Source: a virus
Virus record (IMG/VR): IMGVR_UViG_3300006141_000016
DNA: 57,386 bases
Direction: 5' to 3' (one strand)
Shown: positions 50,154 through 57,386 of the stretch, one piece after another
Numbering within the stretch: position 1 is the stretch's first letter
Layout: each line of letters begins with the position of its first letter
Position numbers and translations under genes: made by a program
Notes under the pieces: model-generated
What the model was told of the DNA's origin: nothing
Databases searched by the model: none
The model's input: only the letters and a program-made list of their open reading frames with translations

Positions 50154-50624
50154 ATGGGAATAGGCTATGTTGACAGCGTGGTTGTCTATAACCGCTACGT
50201 AAATGGACTGATGGAAGCAGAAACATATTTCGGCACACGGTTTGACAAAGTGCGGGTGGAACTGACAGAGGGCGCAAATATCGCAAAAAGCGGATTGGAA
50301 AATGCCAATGTGTGCGTTATCAAAGTAAATACTGCAAGCATAAAAAAGTCTGGAAAATCGTACAAAGCGCCCAAAGTGTGGGTAAAACTGACAACAGAAG
50401 AAATGGTTGAAAACTTCACACTGAATAAGGGCGAAGATTTCTTTGTGATTGTTAATAAGGATGATTTGGGTATTGATGTGGATTTGCCGGAAGGCATGGT
50501 TGACAGTGACGTTTATCCAGGCGGATTCTTTGAGTATGTGAAAAACAAGTACGGGTATGCGTACAGCGTTGATACGGTGGACGTGTATACCTTAATACCA
50601 CGATTTGAAATAGGAGGAAAATAA
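50154..50624 (+). CDS. Neck / head-closure protein candidate
   Basis: 156-aa ORF in the neck region. No motif recognised. Confidence 0.5.
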   Translation: MGIGYVDSVVVYNRYVNGLMEAETYFGTRFDKVRVELTEGANIAKSGLENANVCVIKVNTASIKKSGKSYKAPKVWVKLTTEEMVENFTLNKGEDFFVIVNKDDLGIDVDLPEGMVDSDVYPGGFFEYVKNKYGYAYSVDTVDVYTLIPRFEIGGK

Positions 50625-50628
50625 AAGC

Positions 50629-50913
50629 ATGAAGTATAGAAAGAAACCCGTTGTAATTGAGGCGTTTCAGTATGACGGGGATTTGATTGGTTCTAACGGT
50701 CAGTATTATGTGCCGGAATGGGCGAAAAAAGCATATGAGGACGGCACAATATATTATGGAGAACTCGCTGGACAGCCGGGCGAGTTATTCATTAAGACAT
50801 TGGAGGGCGTTCATCATGCAAGTGTAGGGGATTATATTATCCAGGGTGTAAATGGTGAGTTTTACCCTTGCAAGCCGGACATCTTTGAAAAGACCTATGA
50901 GGCGGCAGAGTAA
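50629..50913 (+). CDS. Hypothetical (94 aa)
   Basis: AGGAGGAAAA RBS. KKPVVIEAFQ...VGDYIIQGVNGEFYPCKPDIFEKTYE. Confidence 0.55.
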   Translation: MKYRKKPVVIEAFQYDGDLIGSNGQYYVPEWAKKAYEDGTIYYGELAGQPGELFIKTLEGVHHASVGDYIIQGVNGEFYPCKPDIFEKTYEAAE

Positions 50914-50960
50914 TCCGTTTATACGCTGATATCGAGGTTTGAGATTGGAGGGAAATAAAG

Positions 50961-51518
50961 TTGAAATTATTTTTTGATTGCGAATTTACTGGTTTAAGAA
51001 AAGACACAACACTTATCAGTATCGGCATTGTAGCAGAGAACGGACAGCGGTTTTATGCGGAGTTTACTGATTTTGACTGGGAGTCGGTTCATAAAGACAA
51101 ATGGATTTTGGAAAATGTGGTAAACAAATTGCACTACAGAAAGCATTACTCAGAAAAGACATATATGCCGGATTATCACATTGGAACAAAACAATCAATT
51201 TCAGTTATGCTTCAAAACTGGCTTAAACAGTTTGGCGAAGTGCAGTTTGTTTCCGATGTTTGCCATTATGACTTTGTTCTGCTGATTGATTTGTTTGGTG
51301 GTGCATTTGATTTGCCTGGGAATGTGTCGGCGGCTTGCTACGACATCAATCAGGATATTGCAAGGCATTATGGAATTTCCGAGAAAGAAGCCTTTGACAA
51401 GAGCAGAGAAGACATTGTTTCTGAACTGTGCGGACAGCAGATTGATGGAGAGAAACACAATTCTCTTTATGACGCAGAAGTTATCAAGGCTATCTATTCG
51501 AAAATCTGTGGTGATTAG
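50961..51518 (+). CDS. DEDD-type 3'-5' exonuclease (Rv2179c/Orn-like fold candidate)
   Basis: TTG start after GGAGGGAAA. LFFDCEFTGL (Exo I), HYDFVLL (Exo II-like), HNSLYDAEV (Exo III). Confidence 0.65.
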   Translation: MKLFFDCEFTGLRKDTTLISIGIVAENGQRFYAEFTDFDWESVHKDKWILENVVNKLHYRKHYSEKTYMPDYHIGTKQSISVMLQNWLKQFGEVQFVSDVCHYDFVLLIDLFGGAFDLPGNVSAACYDINQDIARHYGISEKEAFDKSREDIVSELCGQQIDGEKHNSLYDAEVIKAIYSKICGD

Positions 51519-51521
51519 CCT

Positions 51522-51986
51522 ATGCCCGAACAAACAAAAATTGAACCATTAAGCGCAACGGAATATGACATTATCGAAAAAGCCTTGTGGGAGTTGGTGA
51601 AGCAGTATCCAAGTGAGCCGGGCGACCCGGATGTGACAGCGCAGTATGACGAATTAGACGCTGGTGTATCGCTTGCTGTTTTAGTAGATGGAGGAAGGTA
51701 TACAAAAAAATATGTATCCGGAAGCTTTAATGCAGAAGTTTATTTTCGTCTGGCATATAAAAGCAACCCTAAGACATCCCCGCAGCGTATCAATTCGCAA
51801 GCATTTGTTGGAAAAGTTATGAAGTGGTTAGAAAGCACAGATAACTTACCACTTTTGACGGATAACAGAACAATAACAAGAATAACTGCAACTAACGCCG
51901 TGCCTTATAAAGATGAGACAGGGCAAGATAAAAGCATTATTTATGCAGCGGCGGCAGTAATGGAATATTTTAAGAAAGGAGAATAA
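51522..51986 (+). CDS. Tail completion / terminator protein candidate
   Basis: 154 aa immediately before the major tail gene. Confidence 0.5.
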   Translation: MPEQTKIEPLSATEYDIIEKALWELVKQYPSEPGDPDVTAQYDELDAGVSLAVLVDGGRYTKKYVSGSFNAEVYFRLAYKSNPKTSPQRINSQAFVGKVMKWLESTDNLPLLTDNRTITRITATNAVPYKDETGQDKSIIYAAAAVMEYFKKGE

Positions 51987-51990
51987 ACAA

Positions 51991-52536
51991 ATGGCAAATG
52001 ACAGAACAAACATGGTGTCCCTGCTTGACTTTGGAAAGTGGATGGGGGGCACCACGTCAGACATTTTGGAGCTGGGAGACGGATTTACGGAGCTTACAGA
52101 GGACTGGGCTCCAGAAACAGAAGAAAAACAATATGTAAACATGAAGGCGAAGGCAAGTACTCTGAACGGGTATGCGTTTTCCATGTCGCCGGAGCGCGAC
52201 CATCTTTCCGATGAGGCACAGGAGTATATAGATGAGGCGTTCCGCAAGTTTCCCACCGGCAAGAATGCAGAGACGGAGTACTACAGATTCTACAAAACGG
52301 ACAAGGTATCGGATGGCAAGTACAAGGCCATCAAGGTGCCGGTCATCGCGGCTCCATCATCCACCGGCGGATCCGGAGGAGAAACACTTACCTCATCCAT
52401 ACAGCTTAATGGTAACGGAAACGTGGTAGAGGGGATGATCACGATCACTGATGGAACATATACCTTTGTAGAGGGCGCAGCATCTGAATCACCTGAACAG
52501 GGTGCCAGGACAAGCAGCAAAAGCCTGAGTGATTGA
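51991..52536 (+). CDS. Major tail (tube) protein
   Basis: AAAGGAGAA RBS. 181 aa. Position before the chaperones and TMP. Confidence 0.65.
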   Translation: MANDRTNMVSLLDFGKWMGGTTSDILELGDGFTELTEDWAPETEEKQYVNMKAKASTLNGYAFSMSPERDHLSDEAQEYIDEAFRKFPTGKNAETEYYRFYKTDKVSDGKYKAIKVPVIAAPSSTGGSGGETLTSSIQLNGNGNVVEGMITITDGTYTFVEGAASESPEQGARTSSKSLSD

Positions 52537-52607
52537 GGCATTAAGGCAACTAATATAATGGGGTGCGTTCCTTCCGGGCACACCCTGTTTCTGAAAGGAT
52601 ATGAAGA

Positions 52608-53057
52608 ATGGATAAATTAAGGGTAGACAGTGGTATAAAGAATATCGAAGTAAACGATGCCGGAGAGTATATCAGCATTCCGATCAGTGACACAGCATTT
52701 TATGAGCGCTTCGGCGCGGTGATGAAGAACTTTGAGCAGAAGCAGGGAGAGATCGAACAGAGGGCGTCGGTGCTGTCCGATAAGCACAAGGGCAAGCCGA
52801 ACGATGATGTGGATGCCATTGTGGACAGCATACAGCTCTATTCTGAGCTTTGCCGGTACACATGTGCAGAGCTGGACAAGCTGTTTGGCGATGGATGCTG
52901 CAGGAAGGTGTTTGTAGGCATCGAGACTCCCGGTGTGGAACTTATAGGGGATTTCTTCGACCAGATCACGCCTCTGCTTAACCAGTACGCAAAAGAGCGC
53001 AGCCAGAAGATCAGCCTGATATACAGCCGGAACCGCAAGGGCGCAAGGAGTAAGTGA
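52608..53057 (+). CDS. Tail assembly chaperone
   Basis: 149 aa, acidic. Position between the tube gene and the Gp15-like gene. Confidence 0.55.
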   Translation: MDKLRVDSGIKNIEVNDAGEYISIPISDTAFYERFGAVMKNFEQKQGEIEQRASVLSDKHKGKPNDDVDAIVDSIQLYSELCRYTCAELDKLFGDGCCRKVFVGIETPGVELIGDFFDQITPLLNQYAKERSQKISLIYSRNRKGARSK

Positions 53058-53698
53058 TGTTCAATGTTTTGCTGGATAAGCTGCCAATAGAATACAGGGG
53101 ATTCCCGATCGATTCGGATTTTCAGACGGGCATACAGATCATGCAGGCGTTTGATAACGAAGGACTGTCACAGCAGGAGCAGATAGGGGTTGCCCTGTCT
53201 CTCCTGTTTCTGCAGGAGGATAAGGATGGAACTCCTTTGCCGATTCCTGATGAACAGACGGCGGTTGAGGGGCTTATGTGGTTTCTCACAGACTGGAACC
53301 ACGATCACAACAGCAAGATTGACAAGACGCGCGTGACGGATTACGACATAGACCAGTGGCGCATCTATTCCGCATTCCGGCAGCACTACGGGATAAACCT
53401 GAATGCGGAAAAGCTGCACTTCTGGGAGTTTATGGGGCTGCTCACCACGCTGCCAGAATGCGCCTATACGCGCGTTATAGACATTCGGGCGAAGAAAATC
53501 ACATCAAGGATGGGGAAGGACGAAAGAAAGGCGTATACGGAGCTCAAAAAGGTGTATGCGCTTGACCAGGCAAAGGAAGTGGAATACACAGACAGTCAGA
53601 AACAGGCCATTGATGATTTTGACCATATGATGGAAGAGCAGAAGAAAATCAAGGAAGCAAAGAAACTGGCTCAGAAAGCATTTGAGGATATGATATGA
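53057..53698 (+). CDS. Phage Gp15-family protein (second tail chaperone)
   Basis: TGATG-coupled. MFNVLLDKLPIEYRGFPIDSDFQTGIQI resembles the Phage_Gp15 N-terminus. Confidence 0.6.
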   Translation: MFNVLLDKLPIEYRGFPIDSDFQTGIQIMQAFDNEGLSQQEQIGVALSLLFLQEDKDGTPLPIPDEQTAVEGLMWFLTDWNHDHNSKIDKTRVTDYDIDQWRIYSAFRQHYGINLNAEKLHFWEFMGLLTTLPECAYTRVIDIRAKKITSRMGKDERKAYTELKKVYALDQAKEVEYTDSQKQAIDDFDHMMEEQKKIKEAKKLAQKAFEDMI

Positions 53699-53823
53699 CG
53701 GACAAAGAAATCGGAAAGACAGCCCGGGAGATCGCAGAGCGCGGCAACACGGCAGAGGTCAAGCGGAATAAGGATGGGATTGTCATTCTGGAAGTTGAGA
53801 AGAAAATTGTGAAATCAAATTAG
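53695..53823 (+). CDS. Small protein (42 aa)
   Basis: ATGA-coupled. RGNTAEVKRNKDGIVILEVEKKIV. Confidence 0.4.
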   Translation: MTDKEIGKTAREIAERGNTAEVKRNKDGIVILEVEKKIVKSN

Positions 53824-53836
53824 GAGCGTAGCATAT

Positions 53837-54463
53837 ATGGGCGGTAGAGGTGGAACGAGTGGTTTATCTTCTCAAAGCACAATTCAATCTTTTTTAAAGG
53901 CCGGAATCCGGTTTGATGATATGGATAATCTCAACAAAACTGCTGTTGAGCAATCCCTTTCCGGATTTAGAGATGTTTTGCACGATATGGGAATTCCGTT
54001 ATCAGCAATCAATATGATTAGCGGAACTGATGAAAAAGGCGAAATAATGGGAGTTAATGGTTTTAATGATTTGGTATTTTCAAAAAGAGTGTATTCAAGT
54101 TTGGATAAAGCAAAAGAAAATTCAGAAAGCAGAAACGGTTATTTTGTCACAAATGGGCTTTATGGAACCGGCGCACACGAAGCAGGTCATTTGATTATTA
54201 ATGAAATTATTAACAAAACCATGAAAGGCAGCTCTGTTTTAGAAAAAGCAAAAGCAAGAAAATCATATAAGATAGAAAAACAAATTATTAGAGAAGCAAA
54301 GAAAACATATGGAAGTTCGCCCCAAATATCTGGTTATGGGCAAACAAAACCGTCTGAGACAATTGCAGAAGCTGTAGCTGATGTATACACAAACAAATCA
54401 AAGGCCAATCCATACAGCCGTGTAATTGTTGATATTATGAAAAAGAAACTCAAAGGAAAATAA
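53837..54463 (+). CDS. MGGRG-leader protein with an HExxH motif
   Basis: N-terminus MGGRGGTSG. GAHEAGHLI. ISGYGQTKPSETIAEAVADVY resembles MuF-family C-terminal ends. Confidence 0.6.
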   Translation: MGGRGGTSGLSSQSTIQSFLKAGIRFDDMDNLNKTAVEQSLSGFRDVLHDMGIPLSAINMISGTDEKGEIMGVNGFNDLVFSKRVYSSLDKAKENSESRNGYFVTNGLYGTGAHEAGHLIINEIINKTMKGSSVLEKAKARKSYKIEKQIIREAKKTYGSSPQISGYGQTKPSETIAEAVADVYTNKSKANPYSRVIVDIMKKKLKGK

Positions 54464-54464
54464 A

Positions 54465-55085
54465 ATGTATCGCCAATCCAAAAACTATGAAAACTTACAA
54501 AAGCGCATATTTGATGGCGTGGGGCAATACGACATACCACAGATAGAGCCGACACAGTACAAAGAATGCGACTGGATAGGCTTTAACTACGCCAGAAGTG
54601 AAAAGAACAGAGCTGGCAAGGGAGTGCATTTCTTTCTGGACGATTATCAATTTTCAGTTTGCTGGCAGAATCCCGACAAGTACCTTGGTATGTTCCGGCA
54701 GTTCACGCACGTTATGTCCCCGGATTTCTCTACATACACCGACTTCCCGAAAGCCATCCAGATATACAATCACTACCGCAAGCACTGGGTGGGCGCATAC
54801 CTTCAAGAAAACGGCGTGAATGTGATTCCGACAATCTCATGGAGTACGCCGGATAGCTTTGAATGGTGTTTTGATGGCGAGCCAATAGGCGGAGTGGTTG
54901 CAGTATCTTCCGTTGGCGCGACAAATAGCCGGGAAAAGAAAGCACTGTTCCTTGCCGGATATAATGCCATGATAGAGCGGTTGTGTCCGGAAACGGTTCT
55001 CTTTTATGGGAAAGTGCCGGAGGAATGTCGGGGAAATATAATGCAGATACCGCCGTTCCATAAGCGGTTCGAAAAGGAAGTGTGA
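54465..55085 (+). CDS. DUF4417-like protein
   Basis: HFFLDDYQF..W..PDKY, PDFSTY and VIPTISW blocks match the DUF4417 pattern as recalled. Confidence 0.6.
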   Translation: MYRQSKNYENLQKRIFDGVGQYDIPQIEPTQYKECDWIGFNYARSEKNRAGKGVHFFLDDYQFSVCWQNPDKYLGMFRQFTHVMSPDFSTYTDFPKAIQIYNHYRKHWVGAYLQENGVNVIPTISWSTPDSFEWCFDGEPIGGVVAVSSVGATNSREKKALFLAGYNAMIERLCPETVLFYGKVPEECRGNIMQIPPFHKRFEKEV

Positions 55086-55088
55086 GTA

Positions 55089-55649
55089 ATGGGAGGTAGA
55101 GGGGCGGCATTTGAAAGCAAAGGATATTCAAGTGCCATAAAAACGGCAGAGAGTAAGATATACAAAGATAAAGTGGAAACGGCAGTTCTACTTGATAACA
55201 AGGGAAATACTATCTTTACTGAGAGCAGTGGGGCGACTAACTATGTGCAGTTTACGCCGGATCAGCTTGCAAAAATGAAAGGGTCAAATCTGACGCATAA
55301 CCATCCTTCTAATAGCACTTTCAGCGGAACAGATATTTCTCTTTTAACTTCTCGTGAATTGAAGTCAATTAGGGCGACCGGGGAAAAACGTACATATCAG
55401 CTTACGAAAATAAGCGGTAATTTTCCACGAAATGAGTTTGCAAAAGACTTTACAGAGGCGTATAATAGAAACAAGCAAACAACCGATAAAGAATATAACC
55501 AAATAAGAAAATATCAGCATACAGACCCAGTACGGTATTATAGGGAATGTAAAAGGCTTACAGCAAAGTTAAATAGCATGAATAGTGAATGGCTTAAAAG
55601 CAATTCTAAAAAGTATGGATATCGGTATGGAGTAATCGAAAGGAGATAA
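55089..55649 (+). CDS. MGGRG-leader protein with a JAB/RadC-like motif
   Basis: N-terminus MGGRGAAFE. LTHNHPSNSTFSGTDI resembles the JAMM HxH..S..D motif (one residue shorter). Confidence 0.55.
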   Translation: MGGRGAAFESKGYSSAIKTAESKIYKDKVETAVLLDNKGNTIFTESSGATNYVQFTPDQLAKMKGSNLTHNHPSNSTFSGTDISLLTSRELKSIRATGEKRTYQLTKISGNFPRNEFAKDFTEAYNRNKQTTDKEYNQIRKYQHTDPVRYYRECKRLTAKLNSMNSEWLKSNSKKYGYRYGVIERR

Positions 55650-55654
55650 TTACT

Positions 55655-55822
55655 ATGCCAAAAACAAAAAATGGTGGCTTTATATTGGACGACAGTTCTT
55701 GTGATCCTTACGGCGTGGCGAAAATGCGCGAGAAGATGAACGGGGCAAAGAAGAGCAAGACGAATAATGCAGCAAAGAAAAGAGGAACTGGAAAAAGAAA
55801 TGATTTTATGAAAGGGCAGTAG
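55655..55822 (+). CDS. Small basic protein (55 aa)
   Basis: AAGGAGATAA RBS. Confidence 0.45.
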   Translation: MPKTKNGGFILDDSSCDPYGVAKMREKMNGAKKSKTNNAAKKRGTGKRNDFMKGQ

Positions 55823-55838
55823 GAATACTGCTCTTTTA
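55814..55838 (+). terminator. Intrinsic terminator
   Basis: GGGCAGTA-ggaa-TACTGCTC followed by TTTT. Confidence 0.6.
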
Positions 55839-55840
55839 AT

Positions 55841-55874
55841 TTGGTACAAATTCATTCTCAAATAATGATACAAT
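55841..55874 (+). promoter_or_regulatory. Conserved promoter motif copy (TTGGTACAA-N19-TACAAT) ahead of the TMP
   Basis: Exact spacing. Begins 3 nt after the terminator. Confidence 0.65.
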
Positions 55875-55895
55875 AATCATAACTAAATCAAAGCA

Positions 55896-55975
55896 CCCTA
55901 TGAATTGGCATAGGGGAAGGACTAAACGGTGTCATGGATGCGTGTAATGCGCGTCTGTGGCACTTTTTTATTTTT
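55896..55975 (+). terminator. TMP leader: hairpin plus a long intrinsic terminator (attenuator candidate)
   Basis: CCCTATG/CATAGGG hairpin (55896..55915), then a 15-bp stem at 55929..55963 (five G-U pairs) followed by TTTTTTATTTTT, ending 14 nt before the TMP start. Confidence 0.6.
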
Positions 55976-55989
55976 AAGGTGGTGAGATC

Positions 55990-57386
55990 GTGGCAGAGTA
56001 TGATGGAAGTATAAGGATAGGAACGGGAATAGATATACAAGGTTTTGACGATGATGGGAAGAAACTGGAAGCAAAAGCCAGAAGGCTTGCAGAAAACATT
56101 TCCGGAAATTCCGATGTAGAAATAAAGGTAGATTCTACCACTGCAAAAAAAGAATTAAAAGAAGCTTTTGATGACATTGAAAAAGAAGAAAAGAGGATTG
56201 AGGAACTTGCTAAGAGGGCAGTTGAGAGGGCAAGAGGGAGTCAGACGGCGACTTACGTGCCAGAAGAGCCTAGGTATGGTGCGCCTATTTCAACACCCGG
56301 ATATAATCAAGACGCAATTAAAGCTATCGAGGAACAAACTGAAAAAGTAGATAAAATAGATGAACACTGGAACCAGCTCAGAATAGATGTCGAAGAGTAC
56401 GCAAGATCCTTGAAGGAGCTTCAGGGCCAGGGGAAATTTTTTGGCGATGAAGATTATGACCAGCTTTATCTTTATTGGAAAAATGCCACAGATGCCGTAA
56501 AAGCCTATCAGGCAGAGCTGAACAAACAGACAGACTCCGGCCAGACGAAGATCGCCGAACAGGAAGCGAAAGCGACAGAGAAAAGAGAAGCGGCCCAGCG
56601 CCGGGCAGAGGAGCAGGCAGAAAGGGCCTTGCAAAGAGAAAACGAGCGTATCCAGAGGCAGGCCGAAAACGAGGCAAAGCTTGCTGCAAAAGAGGCGGAA
56701 CGCCAGACGAAAATTCAGGCTGAAGCGGAAGAAGAACAGCGTCTTGACCAGATAAGGGTGAATGCCACAGTATCCAATCAGGAGATCGTTGATCTGCTGG
56801 AACGCCGCAGACAGCTAATATCAGAAATCAAAGATATGGAAGCGGCAGGTGTCGGACTGGGCTACCAGCAGTATGAGGACGCAAACCGGGAGCTGGAAGA
56901 GGTAAACGGTAAGATTAAAGAGTACCGGAAGAACCTTGGAAGTGTACCTGAGAAGTTTAATAAAATGCGGAAATCTGCAAACAAAGCTTTTACTGCAGTA
57001 GCGCAGGGAACAAAGAAAAGCAGCGCACTGTTGTCTAATTTCACAAGCAGATTAAAAGGCATCGCCCTTTCTCTCTTGATTTTTAACTGGATATCCAAGG
57101 GTTTTAACGCCATGATATCCGGCATGAAAAAAGGCTTTGAGAACTTTGCCGGATACTCTGATTCCTATGCACAGAATATCCAGAATATGAAGAATGCCAT
57201 GTCGACGCTGGGGAATCAGTTTGCCGCGGCATTTGCCCCTATCGTCCAGATGGTTATACCATGGCTTACACAGCTTGTAAGTGCTATTTCTACAGCCATG
57301 ACGTACGTGGCGCAGTTTATCGCCGTATTGAGTGGGAAAAGCACGTTCACAAAAGCCAAAAAAGTGCAGGATGATTACAACAAATC
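55990..57386 (+). CDS. Tape measure protein, N-terminal part (continues at base 1)
   Basis: GTG start after AAGGTGGTGA. Open to the window end in the same frame as base 1. Coiled-coil Glu/Lys/Gln-rich region. Total about 1032 aa once the overlap is removed. Confidence 0.85.
   Translation, partial: MAEYDGSIRIGTGIDIQGFDDDGKKLEAKARRLAENISGNSDVEIKVDSTTAKKELKEAFDDIEKEEKRIEELAKRAVERARGSQTATYVPEEPRYGAPISTPGYNQDAIKAIEEQTEKVDKIDEHWNQLRIDVEEYARSLKELQGQGKFFGDEDYDQLYLYWKNATDAVKAYQAELNKQTDSGQTKIAEQEAKATEKREAAQRRAEEQAERALQRENERIQRQAENEAKLAAKEAERQTKIQAEAEEEQRLDQIRVNATVSNQEIVDLLERRRQLISEIKDMEAAGVGLGYQQYEDANRELEEVNGKIKEYRKNLGSVPEKFNKMRKSANKAFTAVAQGTKKSSALLSNFTSRLKGIALSLLIFNWISKGFNAMISGMKKGFENFAGYSDSYAQNIQNMKNAMSTLGNQFAAAFAPIVQMVIPWLTQLVSAISTAMTYVAQFIAVLSGKSTFTKAKKVQDDYNK
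57256..57386 (+). repeat. 131-bp terminal overlap identical to 1..131
   Basis: Base-for-base identity read directly from the sequence. Confidence 0.98.

Noticed and set aside
52608-53698. Programmed -1 frameshift joining the two tail-chaperone ORFs
   Set aside because: The two ORFs are joined by a simple TGATG stop/start overlap. I saw no slippery heptamer near the end of the first ORF, so this cannot be supported from sequence alone.

Overview
The window is a complete, circularly permuted genome of about 57.26 kb from a temperate, siphovirus-like phage. Bases 1-131 are identical to 57256-57386, and the tape-measure ORF runs across that junction. RBS style and gene families (XhlA/LC3-type holin/Amidase_3-LysM lysis cassette, Listeria-Bacteroides repeats, sporulation-like proteins) suggest a Gram-positive, probably clostridial host. 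Almost all genes are on the + strand.

Module order:
- TMP C-terminus, tail and fibre genes: 1-7.4 kb
- Lysis: 7.6-9.2 kb
- attP-like region, integrase, a membrane moron and a CI/Cro switch (- strand): 9.3-12.5 kb
- Early, recombination and replication genes (Gp157, SMC-like ATPase, Sak4-like AAA_24, DUF669 SSB-like, ERCC4 nuclease, CHC2 primase finger, DUF927 helicase, iteron ori): 13-21.7 kb
- DNA-modification island (PAPS-reductase-like, DUF4406, Dam, Dcm): 23.2-27.2 kb
- Small Cys-rich and regulatory genes: 27.3-29.6 kb
- TerS, TerL, portal, minor capsid, HNH-AP2 endonuclease, MuF-toxin and immunity gene: 29.6-38.5 kb
- A roughly 9 kb accessory island that splits the head module: 38.2-47.15 kb
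- Scaffold, capsid, neck, tail tube and chaperones: 47.15-53.8 kb
- Cargo genes: 53.8-55.8 kb
- TMP N-terminus: 55.99 kb to the end

Most notable non-standard signals:
- An eight-copy bipartite promoter motif, WTGGTACAA-N19-TAnAAT.
- Two copies of a conserved pseudoknot-capable leader RNA that start at two of those promoters.
- An ORF-poor, structure-rich region with tRNA-like elements next to a tRNA-Ile(UAU).
- An uncharacterised late module encoding Q-rich, Met-rich, Cys-rich, AAA+ and TNF/C1q-like proteins.
- A terminator-containing leader in front of the TMP gene.
- A perfect (GGAGAAT)x4 repeat at the Dam start.
- In-frame stops at conserved Trp/Gln codons of accessory genes.

All homology calls come from motif recognition by eye, not database searches.
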